This document shows positions 1 through 9,587 of a stretch of 64,000 nucleotides of DNA, one piece after another. Origin of the DNA: an uncultured Anaerolineaceae bacterium (lineage in GTDB: Bacteria > Chloroflexota > Anaerolineae > Anaerolineales > UBA4823). The notes under the pieces were generated by a model that saw nothing but the letters and a program-made list of their open reading frames with translations, did no database searches and was not told where the DNA came from. Numbering within the stretch: position 1 is the first letter of the stretch; each line of letters begins with the position of its first letter. The stretch is from assembly GCA_964547225.1 (NCBI GenBank), contig CAZJMV010000212.1, positions 146,067 to 210,066 of the forward strand, written 5' to 3'. The translations under genes and the position numbers were made by a program.

Positions 1-1
1 T

Positions 2-685
2 GTTTCCTTGGAGATCGAAGAGGGAAATATTATTGCCGTTTTGGGAGCAAACGGGGCTGGTAAAACAACCTTACTTAAGGCTATTTCCAGACTATTACCC
101 CTTAAAAGTGGAACGATAAAACTAAAAGGAGAAAACTTAATTACATTCCCTGCTCACAAATTAGCTGGGATAGGTGTTGCCCACATTCCAGAAGGACGAA
201 AAGTTTTCTCTACACTTACTGTTGAAGAAAATATTAACCTCGGCTCTTGGGGTGTTCAAACCACTCTCCCCACTAAAGAACTGCAAAAAGCTAAGGATTG
301 GGTTTATCAACTCTTCCCTATCTTGAAAGATAGAAGAAAACAATTAGCTGGAACCCTTTCTGGAGGAGAGCAGCAAATGCTCGCAATTGGGAGAGGATTA
401 GTAGCAAAACCTAAAATATTACTAATGGATGAACCCTCTTTAGGTCTTGCACCAATTTTGGTGCAAGAGATATTCCGAGTGATCAAACAAATTCACGAAG
501 AAGAAAAAGTCTCCATTTTACTTGTAGAACAAAATGCTCGTAAGGCATTAAACGTAGCTGATTATGGTTATATACTCGAGACAGGGAAAATGGTCCTTCA
601 TGACTCAGCTTCTCAACTGAAAGAAAATGAACATGTAAGGGTTGCTTATCTTGGAGGCAAGATGCTAATGGATCAAAAACTGTAG
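2..685 (+). CDS. livF: Branched-chain amino acid ABC transporter ATP-binding protein (LivF-type), 5' end cut by window edge
   Basis: Walker A GANGAGKTT, ABC signature LSGGEQQ, Walker B LLMDEP. The 'M' at 8 in the ORF track is a TTG inside a frame that stays open to the window edge. Confidence 0.85.
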   Translation, partial: VSLEIEEGNIIAVLGANGAGKTTLLKAISRLLPLKSGTIKLKGENLITFPAHKLAGIGVAHIPEGRKVFSTLTVEENINLGSWGVQTTLPTKELQKAKDWVYQLFPILKDRRKQLAGTLSGGEQQMLAIGRGLVAKPKILLMDEPSLGLAPILVQEIFRVIKQIHEEEKVSILLVEQNARKALNVADYGYILETGKMVLHDSASQLKENEHVRVAYLGGKMLMDQKL

Positions 686-851
686 GGAAATTTTTTTGAA
701 ATGGCAAATTGAGATAGTTTCCCACACTCAAAACATAATATTTTTAGCTACGAATAGGCTCTCTCAGAAGATGTAAATAGAATTAACCTGGGTCACTTAT
801 GATAATATAATAGCTTGTAGAATATAACTATCCCATTACTAAGATATCCAA

Positions 852-888
852 CCAATGTGCAAGTTATCTTCAATGACTTGCACATTGG
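852..888 (+). terminator. 13-bp perfect stem hairpin (CCAATGTGCAAGT / ACTTGCACATTGG, 11-nt loop) followed by TGTCTTT; possible livF terminator
   Basis: Inverted repeat read directly. It lies 167 nt after the livF stop and the T-tract is weak. Confidence 0.4.
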
Positions 889-1382
889 TGTCTTTAAAGA
901 TAACCCATTTACCCTTAAACCCACAAGAAATATTAATTAGATTTGATTTCTATAGCTATACCTAACAATCATTGCATGTTGTAAACCTAAAGAAGTGATA
1001 TTTAATTTTACGCTGCTAAATTATTCTGTAAATGTATCCACATAATCCATAATCACGGAAAAGTTATTTGAATAACATTCTAATGGCGTCAATAAAAAGA
1101 CCAAAATCGAATTACGTAACCCTCAACTTTTATGGAATAAAAAGTATGATACTTTTCCGCTTTGTTTTGGATATGTTTCTATGGTTAGGATCACACTTAC
1201 GGTTCTCACGCCTTCTTGAACAAATGCTCCAAACTATGGAGCAACTATCGGATGTACTTTCTATTTTAACGCTATTGCCCAGGTAACAACAGAAGGAAAG
1301 TTGAATTGGTTAGAACTTACATCCAAAAATGTGAATATCAGTCTTTTAAGTCAAAAGATAATGTTACCGAAAGCGAATTTGT

Positions 1383-1398
1383 TGGCATAAATCTTGCA
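1383..1398 (+). promoter_or_regulatory. Candidate sigma-54 (-24/-12) promoter TGGCAT-AAATC-TTGCA upstream of rpoN
   Basis: GG (1384-1385) and GC (1396-1397) have the exact consensus spacing of TGGCAC-N5-TTGCW. The motif ends 37 nt upstream of the rpoN ATG at 1435. Confidence 0.55.
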
Positions 1399-1434
1399 AC
1401 ATATTATAATTACCTTGAATATTAAGGATTCGAT

Positions 1435-2853
1435 ATGTTATTTCAGACTCAAAAAACAGCTCTTAAACCACTGACTACTGCTCATCTGGCACAAACCATG
1501 ACATTATTAGAGTATTCCAACGATGAATTGCGCCAGGAAATTGAATCAGCTCTTGCAAATAACCCTGCATTAGAGTTATCCAACGAAAGGCGTTGTCCAA
1601 CCTGTAATAGACGCCTCATAGGAAATCAACGTTGTCCAGTTTGTAGCTCTGCTCACTATGTTCAAGATGAAAAACCGATCATCTTCATATCTCCTCGAAC
1701 TGATTTTACTCCAAAAGGAAGAGAGTATTATCAGGATGAAATCGATCCTGAAGAATGGACTGCCTCTGTTGAAGATCTAGCGACCTTTGTACTTCGCCAA
1801 ATTGCCCCTGAATTAGCCCCAGAAGACCGAAAAATAGCTGCTCATTTACTCAGTGCCTTGGATGAAGATGGCTTATTAACCATAACCCTAGGAGAGGTAG
1901 CAAAGTATAATCATGTACCATTATCACGCGTAAAACAAGTTCAAGAGTTAATTCAGCGAGCGGACCCGATTGGTGTAGGTTCTTTATCTCCAAGTGAAGC
2001 CTTATTGATACAAATAAAAACCTTAGAAGAAAATTCTCATTATGTACCTCCCAAAACTGCAGATGCCATTATGGAAGGTATGCATTTGCTCTGCAAACGA
2101 GGATTTACTGAGCTTGGCAAAAAAATCAATAAATCTACAAAAGAAGTGAGTAAGATTGTTGATTTTATCGGAAAAAATCTAAACCCTTATCCGGCACGTG
2201 CCTATTGGGGTGACTCATATGGGAATCAAGAACCAAACCAATATTATGAAGAACCGGATATCATTATCGGTCTTCTTGATGATTCACCCGATGCGCCTCT
2301 CGTCGTAGAAATCGTTTCACCGTATGCGGGTGCATTGCGGGTCAATCCACTTTTTCAAAAAGCGATCTCGGATGCCCCTGATGAAAAATCGGAACAATGG
2401 GAATCTGACTTCTATCAAGCCACGTTATTAGTGAAATGTATTCAGCAAAGAAACAACACCATGGTGCGCTTGATGAACCATTTGGTTACGATTCAGAGAA
2501 AATATATTCTTGATGGAAATGCTCATCTTGTCCCCATCACACGCTCACAGATTGCAAAAGACTTACACTTGCATGAATCCACCATATCGCGTGCTGTTTC
2601 AGGAAAAGCTGTCCAATTACCGAACAAGAGAATAATTCCCTTATCCAATTGGTTTGATCGGAGTTTACAAATTCGAACAGAAATAATACAATTAGTTTCC
2701 GAGGAAAAAGAACCTCTCAACGATACTCAATTAACAGAGATTTTGATCGAAAAAGGTTATCAAGTAGCACGAAGAACCGTTGCTAAGTATAGGTCTTTAG
2801 AAGGAATTCCTCCTTCTAGACTCAGGATTTTTAAGCAAAGTGTAAGTGCATGA
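1435..2853 (+). CDS. rpoN: RNA polymerase sigma-54 factor
   Basis: Region I-like N-terminus (LKPLTTAHLAQTMTLLEYSNDELRQEIESALANNPALE). C-terminal HTH and RpoN box ARRTVAKYR. AAGGA RBS upstream. Confidence 0.9.
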   Translation: MLFQTQKTALKPLTTAHLAQTMTLLEYSNDELRQEIESALANNPALELSNERRCPTCNRRLIGNQRCPVCSSAHYVQDEKPIIFISPRTDFTPKGREYYQDEIDPEEWTASVEDLATFVLRQIAPELAPEDRKIAAHLLSALDEDGLLTITLGEVAKYNHVPLSRVKQVQELIQRADPIGVGSLSPSEALLIQIKTLEENSHYVPPKTADAIMEGMHLLCKRGFTELGKKINKSTKEVSKIVDFIGKNLNPYPARAYWGDSYGNQEPNQYYEEPDIIIGLLDDSPDAPLVVEIVSPYAGALRVNPLFQKAISDAPDEKSEQWESDFYQATLLVKCIQQRNNTMVRLMNHLVTIQRKYILDGNAHLVPITRSQIAKDLHLHESTISRAVSGKAVQLPNKRIIPLSNWFDRSLQIRTEIIQLVSEEKEPLNDTQLTEILIEKGYQVARRTVAKYRSLEGIPPSRLRIFKQSVSA

Positions 2854-2880
2854 ACTGACTAACGCTTGAATTAGAAAAAA

Positions 2881-4851
2881 GTGAATACTAAACTCCAAGA
2901 ACAATTCACCACCTTCAGCGCTTTTATAGAATTGCTTCCATTTCCCGCGTTTTTTGTTGATTCAAAATACCAGAATATTCATCTTGCTAACTCAAAATTT
3001 TCGGAGTTAGTTCTTTTTACTCGAGCTGAACTTAAAGGTCTACCGGCAAAACAATTTATTACAGATTGGGAAAATATAATCTCTCAATCCAACCCGATCT
3101 TGAATTCAAATGGACTACTTGGTAACTTTAAAGAAAACCAAAGACAACAAATCCTTACGCAATTAGTAAATCGTAAGGAAAACAATATTAGCGTAAGATT
3201 ATTCATTGGACCTTTCTCATCTCCATTCGAAGGCGCCCTTGTATTGATAGATTCTAAGAAAACAAAACAAATTCATGAGACATCCAACCAAATCAATTCA
3301 CTTTGGCAAGCCATAAAACTTCTTACAGAAGCTTTTTCCGAAGACATTTATAACAATGCAGTAGAAAAATGTCTTCAAGTTGGAAGGATAATGGTAGGAG
3401 CAAATTTCATAGCGATCTACAAAGCACAAAGTAAAGTACCCGAGCTAAATCTTCAAGCAAGCCTAGAGCCTTTTGAATTCTTCCCTAAAACGCTTTCTAT
3501 CCAAGATTTCATCCAACTTAAAAAACCTATCAATTGGGTTTCAGGGAAAAGTAAACGACCAACTGGGATTTTATACCGATCCGCCCATCAAGAACAACTT
3601 ACCTATATCAATTCTGTTCCTTTGGGACACCCTGATGCAATGATCGGATTACTTGTGGTCGGTGACCTCCAGAAACCTTCCAAAGAAGATCAATTCGAAT
3701 CAACAAAATTTCTCGGGGATATGATAACGATACTAACCCAAAAACATATCTGGATGATGAAGAACCAAAAGGATTTAGAAATTCAAGAACAGCAATTACG
3801 AATAAGCGACTTGCTTGAAGACCAATCTAAGGAAGGCATTCTATTATTAGATTCATCCTTGTCAATCATTCGCTTGAACCCTACCGCTGAACTTATGTTA
3901 GGATATGCCAAGAGCGAGGTTTACGGACAACCAATCGATAAAGTTCTTATCGGAACAGAATCATTGATGCCCGCCTTTATTTCAGCTCAAGAAGGCAATC
4001 CAACTTACAATCTAGGAAATATCCACCTTTATCGCAGAGATGGAGATGCGTTTCTATCACTGGTACGAATTCATCCGGTTATGAAAAAAGGAATTGTTGA
4101 GAATATCATCGTCTTTCTACAAGATCTAAGTCGGCAAGAACAGATCCGGCTTCAGGCACAACAGCTTGAACAACGCGCTCTTTTAGGTGAAGTAACCGCA
4201 ATCTTTGCACATGAGATTCGCAATCCGATTAACAATATCAGCACCGGACTCCAATTGTTAGAAATGAACACTAGCGAGGAAGATCCCAATCGTGATTCGA
4301 TTTCCCGTATGATTACAGATTGCGACCGGTTAACAGAATTAGTCAAATCAGTATTGGGATATTCAAGACCAACAGATTATGATATGCTAGAACTCGACTT
4401 GGGATTACTCATACATCGCCTTCTTGAACGCTTACATCCAAGAATTACAAAACTTAATGTGAGCACCGAGTTAGATGTTGAACCTAACTGTCCTCCAATT
4501 CTCGGAAATGCACGCGCTTTGGAACAAGTTTTTAATAACTTAATTACTAATTCACTTCAAGCCATGGACAAAGATGGTGGTAATCTTATGATTAGGATTA
4601 TGACTTTCGCAGACTCAGAAGATGAAAATTATATTATTGCCCGAATAGCGGATACCGGACCTGGAATTCCCACAGAAGTACAAAAACATATCTTTCAACC
4701 CTTTTTTACAACCAAGGAACATGGAACCGGTCTTGGTCTAGCCATTTCAAAAAGAATAATCTCTGCTCATAAAGGAACAATCGATTTAGAAAGTTTTCCA
4801 GGAGGTTCAATATTTTACATCAAATTCCCAATCGCGAAGTCTTTTTTATGA
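2881..4851 (+). CDS. PAS-domain sensor histidine kinase (NtrB-like)
   Basis: H-box FAHEIRNPINNI. HATPase_c N/G boxes (NLITNSLQAM, DTGPGIP, GTGLGLAISK). PAS-like region upstream. GTG start 27 nt after the rpoN stop. Confidence 0.85.
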   Translation: MNTKLQEQFTTFSAFIELLPFPAFFVDSKYQNIHLANSKFSELVLFTRAELKGLPAKQFITDWENIISQSNPILNSNGLLGNFKENQRQQILTQLVNRKENNISVRLFIGPFSSPFEGALVLIDSKKTKQIHETSNQINSLWQAIKLLTEAFSEDIYNNAVEKCLQVGRIMVGANFIAIYKAQSKVPELNLQASLEPFEFFPKTLSIQDFIQLKKPINWVSGKSKRPTGILYRSAHQEQLTYINSVPLGHPDAMIGLLVVGDLQKPSKEDQFESTKFLGDMITILTQKHIWMMKNQKDLEIQEQQLRISDLLEDQSKEGILLLDSSLSIIRLNPTAELMLGYAKSEVYGQPIDKVLIGTESLMPAFISAQEGNPTYNLGNIHLYRRDGDAFLSLVRIHPVMKKGIVENIIVFLQDLSRQEQIRLQAQQLEQRALLGEVTAIFAHEIRNPINNISTGLQLLEMNTSEEDPNRDSISRMITDCDRLTELVKSVLGYSRPTDYDMLELDLGLLIHRLLERLHPRITKLNVSTELDVEPNCPPILGNARALEQVFNNLITNSLQAMDKDGGNLMIRIMTFADSEDENYIIARIADTGPGIPTEVQKHIFQPFFTTKEHGTGLGLAISKRIISAHKGTIDLESFPGGSIFYIKFPIAKSFL

Positions 4852-4858
4852 GGTTTGT

Positions 4859-6022
4859 ATGAGTGCAACCATATTAATTGTTGATGACGAAGAAAATGCT
4901 GTAAAAAATATCGAGACTTTTTTGAAATCTCGTGGCTATGAAGTGTTCTGCGCGACTAAATTGGTAGATGCTCGGAATTACTTGCGCCAGGATAAAGCAG
5001 ATGTTATTCTTCTCGATGTATTATTACCGGATGGATACGGTCCAAGCTTATTGGAAGAAACAGCAAACATGCCCAATCGTCCACCGATAATTTTGATCAC
5101 AGCCTTCGGTGAAATTGATATGGCTGTTGATGCAATGAAAAATGGCGCCCATGATTTTCTTCAAAAGCCAATCAAGCTTGAACAATTAGAGAAATCAATT
5201 CAACGAGCTACTGATATTGTAGCGATGAGAAGAGAGCTCGCTCACTTACGAAGTAACCGCCAAGCGCAAATGGATTTTATCGTCGGTTCAACTTCAACAA
5301 TGCGTTCACTGATTAACCAAGCTCAACGAGCAGCCGAAATGTCAGTCTCAGTGCTTATTACAGGTGAAACAGGAACTGGGAAAGAGGTGCTGGCAAATGC
5401 AATCCATCAAATGGGACCTCGTTCTTCCAAACCCTTCATCCCGATTAACTCACCCGCAATCCAAAGCACAGTGATTGAGTCAGAATTGTTTGGTTATGAA
5501 GCTGGTGCATTTACTGGCGCAGAAAAACGCAAGCCAGGATTAATGGAAGTGGCAGATGAGGGAATTCTCTTTTTGGATGAGATCTCTGCGATGCCCGTCG
5601 ATATGCAGGCAAAACTATTACGCGCAATCGAAGAGCGTGCCTTCATGAGAGTAGGTGGAACAAATACAATTAAAGTTGACGTAGAGATTATCGCTGCTTC
5701 AAACAGAGATCTTCAAAAAATGATGAACGAGGGTTTTTTTCGGGAAGATCTCTATTACCGGCTAAAAGTGGTTGACCTCCATATTCCTCCTTTACGTGAC
5801 AGAAAGGAAGATATCCCGGAATTAGTTGGTTTATTCGTCAGAAAAAATAATCAGCGCATGGGAGTGAATATCACTGATATTACACCTAAAGCAATGCAAG
5901 CTTTAATGGAACATCAGTGGCCAGGCAATATCCGCGAATTACGAAATGTGATAGAACGAGCAGTCCTTTTTTGTGATGAAAGTGCTATCGAGATACAACA
6001 TCTACCAGCGGATATTGTTTAA
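4859..6022 (+). CDS. Sigma-54-dependent response regulator (REC + AAA+ bEBP) without a C-terminal HTH domain
   Basis: REC domain (DVILLDVLLPDG). Walker A GETGTGKE. GAFTGA motif present exactly. Walker B LFLDEI. Sensor II WPGNIRELRN. The ORF ends 23 aa after the RELRN motif. Start is 7 nt after the kinase stop, with a GAGG RBS. Confidence 0.9.
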   Translation: MSATILIVDDEENAVKNIETFLKSRGYEVFCATKLVDARNYLRQDKADVILLDVLLPDGYGPSLLEETANMPNRPPIILITAFGEIDMAVDAMKNGAHDFLQKPIKLEQLEKSIQRATDIVAMRRELAHLRSNRQAQMDFIVGSTSTMRSLINQAQRAAEMSVSVLITGETGTGKEVLANAIHQMGPRSSKPFIPINSPAIQSTVIESELFGYEAGAFTGAEKRKPGLMEVADEGILFLDEISAMPVDMQAKLLRAIEERAFMRVGGTNTIKVDVEIIAASNRDLQKMMNEGFFREDLYYRLKVVDLHIPPLRDRKEDIPELVGLFVRKNNQRMGVNITDITPKAMQALMEHQWPGNIRELRNVIERAVLFCDESAIEIQHLPADIV

Positions 6023-7540
6023 TTATGGATTGTCCCAAATCATAAACTCTTTGTGAACACAAAATTTGTCTTGATCGTTTATCTGCAGACAAACTTTGTA
6101 ATCGATCAAACTACCATTTGGAGCTTCAATCGGTGGTAATAAGGCAAACGCTTTTCCATCACCTTGGGTTGGTGGCATATTGATTGAATAGACCGTTTGG
6201 TCAGGGAACTCGACAATCAATTCCGCTTTAATATTTGGCTGCGGTTCATTCCAATTTGAAATCATAATCCCAATTTCCTGAATCTGATTTTGTGCCAGCA
6301 TTGGATACTTCTCCCACACATCAAGAACAATCTGACGTTCCTCCGCTCTGGGAGACTGTGGACTCTCCTGAGGAATTGGCGTAATCACAGAGTGGATTAT
6401 ATCTACAGTAGGAGTTGGGTATGAAATATTATTGGTATAAAGATATTCATAAGAGTAACCTAAAGGCTCTGGTCTAATTTGAGATCCTTCTACTGCATTC
6501 TTATCAAATAACAAACATAATTCTGTAAAACATTGACGCGTAACTTGATGATTCATGGAGGACACATGTTGTATGGGTGATCCAAACATCCCAATTCCAC
6601 CATGATCAGAGATATAATCCCAAAAATAATTGGGGATCTCATAACCCTCAGTTTCTTGAACAGTATAGAAATAATTTCCAGGATCCCCACTGTAAGATCT
6701 AGTAGGTTCAATTACTAAATTTAATTTTTCGGGTAAAGATAATAAATAAATACTATCTGGGTCATTAATATTAGCAGTGACCAAAACCATATTTTCGAAG
6801 ATTTGCTGCCAGGTACCATCTTGAGTCATAAAAGCACCTGAAATTGCAAATCCAGTGAAATCCGCGCCATATTTCTCCACAAATTCAGAAAAGATAGGAT
6901 CGACCTGATGGTAAGACTCCATAATGGCGTTAGATTGTTTTACGGGTGGCGAACACTCATTGCCACAAGCCCACAATCCATACGGCATTAAACGAGTAAT
7001 CGCTTCTCCTTCCTTTCGATAAAAACCGAAGTTTTCATAGAATTGCTCATACTGGTTTTTTGCGAAGTTAAAGCGTGCTTCCGTCAATGGACGTCCGACA
7101 ACCTTTGCTCCTAGCTCCTCATAAAGCGGTTCGAAATCCGGGAAAATCGTATGACCATCATAATATCGATAACCTGGGTCTTTTGGCGGTGGAATAGACG
7201 GTTCTCGCAATCCCATTTCTACACCTAATGGAGCTAACATAAAATGCTGTGTTGGCATTGCATTTGAATCATAGATCAATTTGCATGTTTCAAGATATTG
7301 AATGGTCTTACTTCCATCAATATAGATCCCAGAAATTGCCGGACCAAGTCTTTCTTCATTTCCTAAATGGGAATAAAACTCACGGAAAATAGGATCAACC
7401 TCGAACAATACAGGCGAATCATTCACCACCTTCTCATCAGAACTACATGCTGTGCTCAATAACAATAAACATACAAGCATGAGTATCTGAAACAAATGAT
7501 GGTTTTTTTTTAGTAGTACGCTCAACACTACAAAATCCAC
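6023..7540 (-). CDS. Hypothetical secreted lipoprotein with three LGFP-like internal repeats
   Basis: Signal peptide with lipobox-like LLSTAC. Repeated VDPIF.EF....G...G.AISG...Q..E modules. No enzymatic motif recognised. Confidence 0.6.
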   Translation of the reverse strand: MDFVVLSVLLKKNHHLFQILMLVCLLLLSTACSSDEKVVNDSPVLFEVDPIFREFYSHLGNEERLGPAISGIYIDGSKTIQYLETCKLIYDSNAMPTQHFMLAPLGVEMGLREPSIPPPKDPGYRYYDGHTIFPDFEPLYEELGAKVVGRPLTEARFNFAKNQYEQFYENFGFYRKEGEAITRLMPYGLWACGNECSPPVKQSNAIMESYHQVDPIFSEFVEKYGADFTGFAISGAFMTQDGTWQQIFENMVLVTANINDPDSIYLLSLPEKLNLVIEPTRSYSGDPGNYFYTVQETEGYEIPNYFWDYISDHGGIGMFGSPIQHVSSMNHQVTRQCFTELCLLFDKNAVEGSQIRPEPLGYSYEYLYTNNISYPTPTVDIIHSVITPIPQESPQSPRAEERQIVLDVWEKYPMLAQNQIQEIGIMISNWNEPQPNIKAELIVEFPDQTVYSINMPPTQGDGKAFALLPPIEAPNGSLIDYKVCLQINDQDKFCVHKEFMIWDNP

Positions 7541-7867
7541 CTTTATCTACTAACCTATTTCCTTTATTTGAACTCAAGATTCTCCGAGAAAACTAATGAT
7601 TAATAAAAAATATTACCGGCTTTTAGAATGCTTGCCAAAATAATTATAATCAGATATCAACTTGATTGTCAACACATCTTACACAATCATCATTCATGCC
7701 AATATTTCTAGTTTTTCAAATAATATTGAAACTTGTATTGTCAATAATAATTCGAATTTAATTGTATCTTGCTTCATTGAAATTTTTGCAATAAGAAAAA
7801 GAATCGCTAGTTTTCAACACTATTGCACACATTACAAGATAATCTAAACGTAAAAGGTATCAATCGA

Positions 7868-9439
7868 CTATGGTTCTTTGTTCATCCACAACCCCAACAA
7901 TAACAACACTAAACCTAAGAGTATCAATCCAATAATCAATAAAAAGAATGGCGACTTAAAAACTAAAGGTAGTGAAATAGTATCATACTTTATTTGTCCT
8001 TCTCCAATGAATTCTTCTTTAGCAGCAGATTTTGTTTCAATACTAAATGATACAGCTGTTGGGAGATCTTCTTTGTAATTATCTTCAATTGGTGTATAGA
8101 TAAGTGTGATTTCTTCGCTAGTCATATGATGAGTTTCCGCAAGGGTCGGTGTAACCATAAGCTGTACTTTCTTAACTAAGATTTCATCGCCCGGGATAAT
8201 GACATCTCCTTCAGATATCCCGTTGAGATTATATAGCTCTTGAAGCGGAACTTGGTACTCCACGGCAATATCCCATAAGGTTTGACCAGATCGAACAACA
8301 TGAACCATAGAACCATCAGCTTGTGGTGTGGCAAGTGTAATTGGTGTAACTTCCGCTTTTGTTGGATCAGTTATTGCATCTTCCCCTGATCCCAGTTCAG
8401 TATCACCCCAATCTTCAGTCCACAAATAACTGATCTGGATCCAATCATTTTTTTTAGAAGGCAAACCTAGATCATCAGCTACTTCATATGAAAGATCAAC
8501 CCCAAATGGCGCTGTTACCATGCGTCCAAATTGATCAACACCACCATTATAACCATTAAAATAAGCCGCTTGTGCTTCTGGCATACCTAGAGGAAGATCC
8601 ACAAACATTCGGCGCGGTGTTGGATCATTGTAAGCCGCCCAATAATTATCATCAATATTCCATGGGCCAGCTTCTCCTACTCGAGCAGCGACACCTTTTT
8701 TATAACTCATGAAGACGGAATACTCTTTTCCTACCTTATAACCTTTGTCTTCACAAATTTGATGTCCTCCATTGGTGAGTTTGAGACATTGATCAGGAAG
8801 AGCGACATAATATGCACCTCCTGAATCATAACGGGTTGCAAAGATCTCAAAGCTACGAAGGCTTGTGTTGGGCATGAGATTAGATGCATGGATCTTTTGT
8901 TCAATATGGTAGCGCCGATTAATCCATTTAATCAATCGTTCATATAGTTGTGAGTCCAATCTGTTGTGCAATTGCGCCTGCGAATAATTCATGATCTCAA
9001 AGACACTGGGATTGTATTGAAACTTTTCAAGAATTGATCTCTTTTCCTCCAAAGAGAGATTAGGGGAAGTGATAATGTCTAAGCTTTCTACTTCTAGAGC
9101 AGCGAGAGCAATGATCTCATCTTGAGTAATTTTCTCTATGATTAAGAACTCGGTCTCACTAAGATCAACTTGTTCTTTCATCAATTTTGATAAACTAGCT
9201 GTTTCCACAAAGTAACCCAACACAGGCTTCATTCCCCATACGGTTGATGACAATGGATTGAATTCAGGAATCACAATGATCAATAAACCTAATAAGATCA
9301 CCTTTTTTATCAACCAATAAAAATCGTATAGAATATCAAGGTTAATAATATTCCATTCGCTTGCTTTAGAGCCAACATATTTTTTTGTATGTGATTGCTG
9401 ATCTAACATACGTTTATCATTCCTTATTTTTCTTATCAT
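7868..9439 (-). CDS. Membrane-anchored LysM-domain protein with an RlpA/DPBB-like domain
   Basis: N- and C-terminal hydrophobic helices. LysM (VVRSGQTLWDIAVEYQVPLQELYNLNGI). GPWNIDDNYW...GVDLSYEVADDLGL resembles barwin-like DPBB lytic domains. Confidence 0.6.
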   Translation of the reverse strand: MIRKIRNDKRMLDQQSHTKKYVGSKASEWNIINLDILYDFYWLIKKVILLGLLIIVIPEFNPLSSTVWGMKPVLGYFVETASLSKLMKEQVDLSETEFLIIEKITQDEIIALAALEVESLDIITSPNLSLEEKRSILEKFQYNPSVFEIMNYSQAQLHNRLDSQLYERLIKWINRRYHIEQKIHASNLMPNTSLRSFEIFATRYDSGGAYYVALPDQCLKLTNGGHQICEDKGYKVGKEYSVFMSYKKGVAARVGEAGPWNIDDNYWAAYNDPTPRRMFVDLPLGMPEAQAAYFNGYNGGVDQFGRMVTAPFGVDLSYEVADDLGLPSKKNDWIQISYLWTEDWGDTELGSGEDAITDPTKAEVTPITLATPQADGSMVHVVRSGQTLWDIAVEYQVPLQELYNLNGISEGDVIIPGDEILVKKVQLMVTPTLAETHHMTSEEITLIYTPIEDNYKEDLPTAVSFSIETKSAAKEEFIGEGQIKYDTISLPLVFKSPFFLLIIGLILLGLVLLLLGLWMNKEP

Positions 9440-9587
9440 TTATACCATACACCATTGAATGGGGATATTGATCAAAATTTATGCTCGGAATTTGGTTAAA
9501 ATGAGGGTAGAATATAGGGCAAAAATTAAATCAATTCGTATAACGCAGTCAATTGCATATACATAAAACTGAAAAAAGGAGTTTCCC

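Noticed and set aside
1068-1286. 72-aa + strand ORF in the long livF-rpoN spacer
   Set aside because: AT-rich intergenic context, no Shine-Dalgarno, no recognisable motif. Not supportable as a gene.
7662-7847. 61-aa + strand ORF between two minus-strand genes
   Set aside because: Very AT-rich, Ile/Asn/Phe-dominated translation typical of non-coding AT-rich DNA. No RBS.
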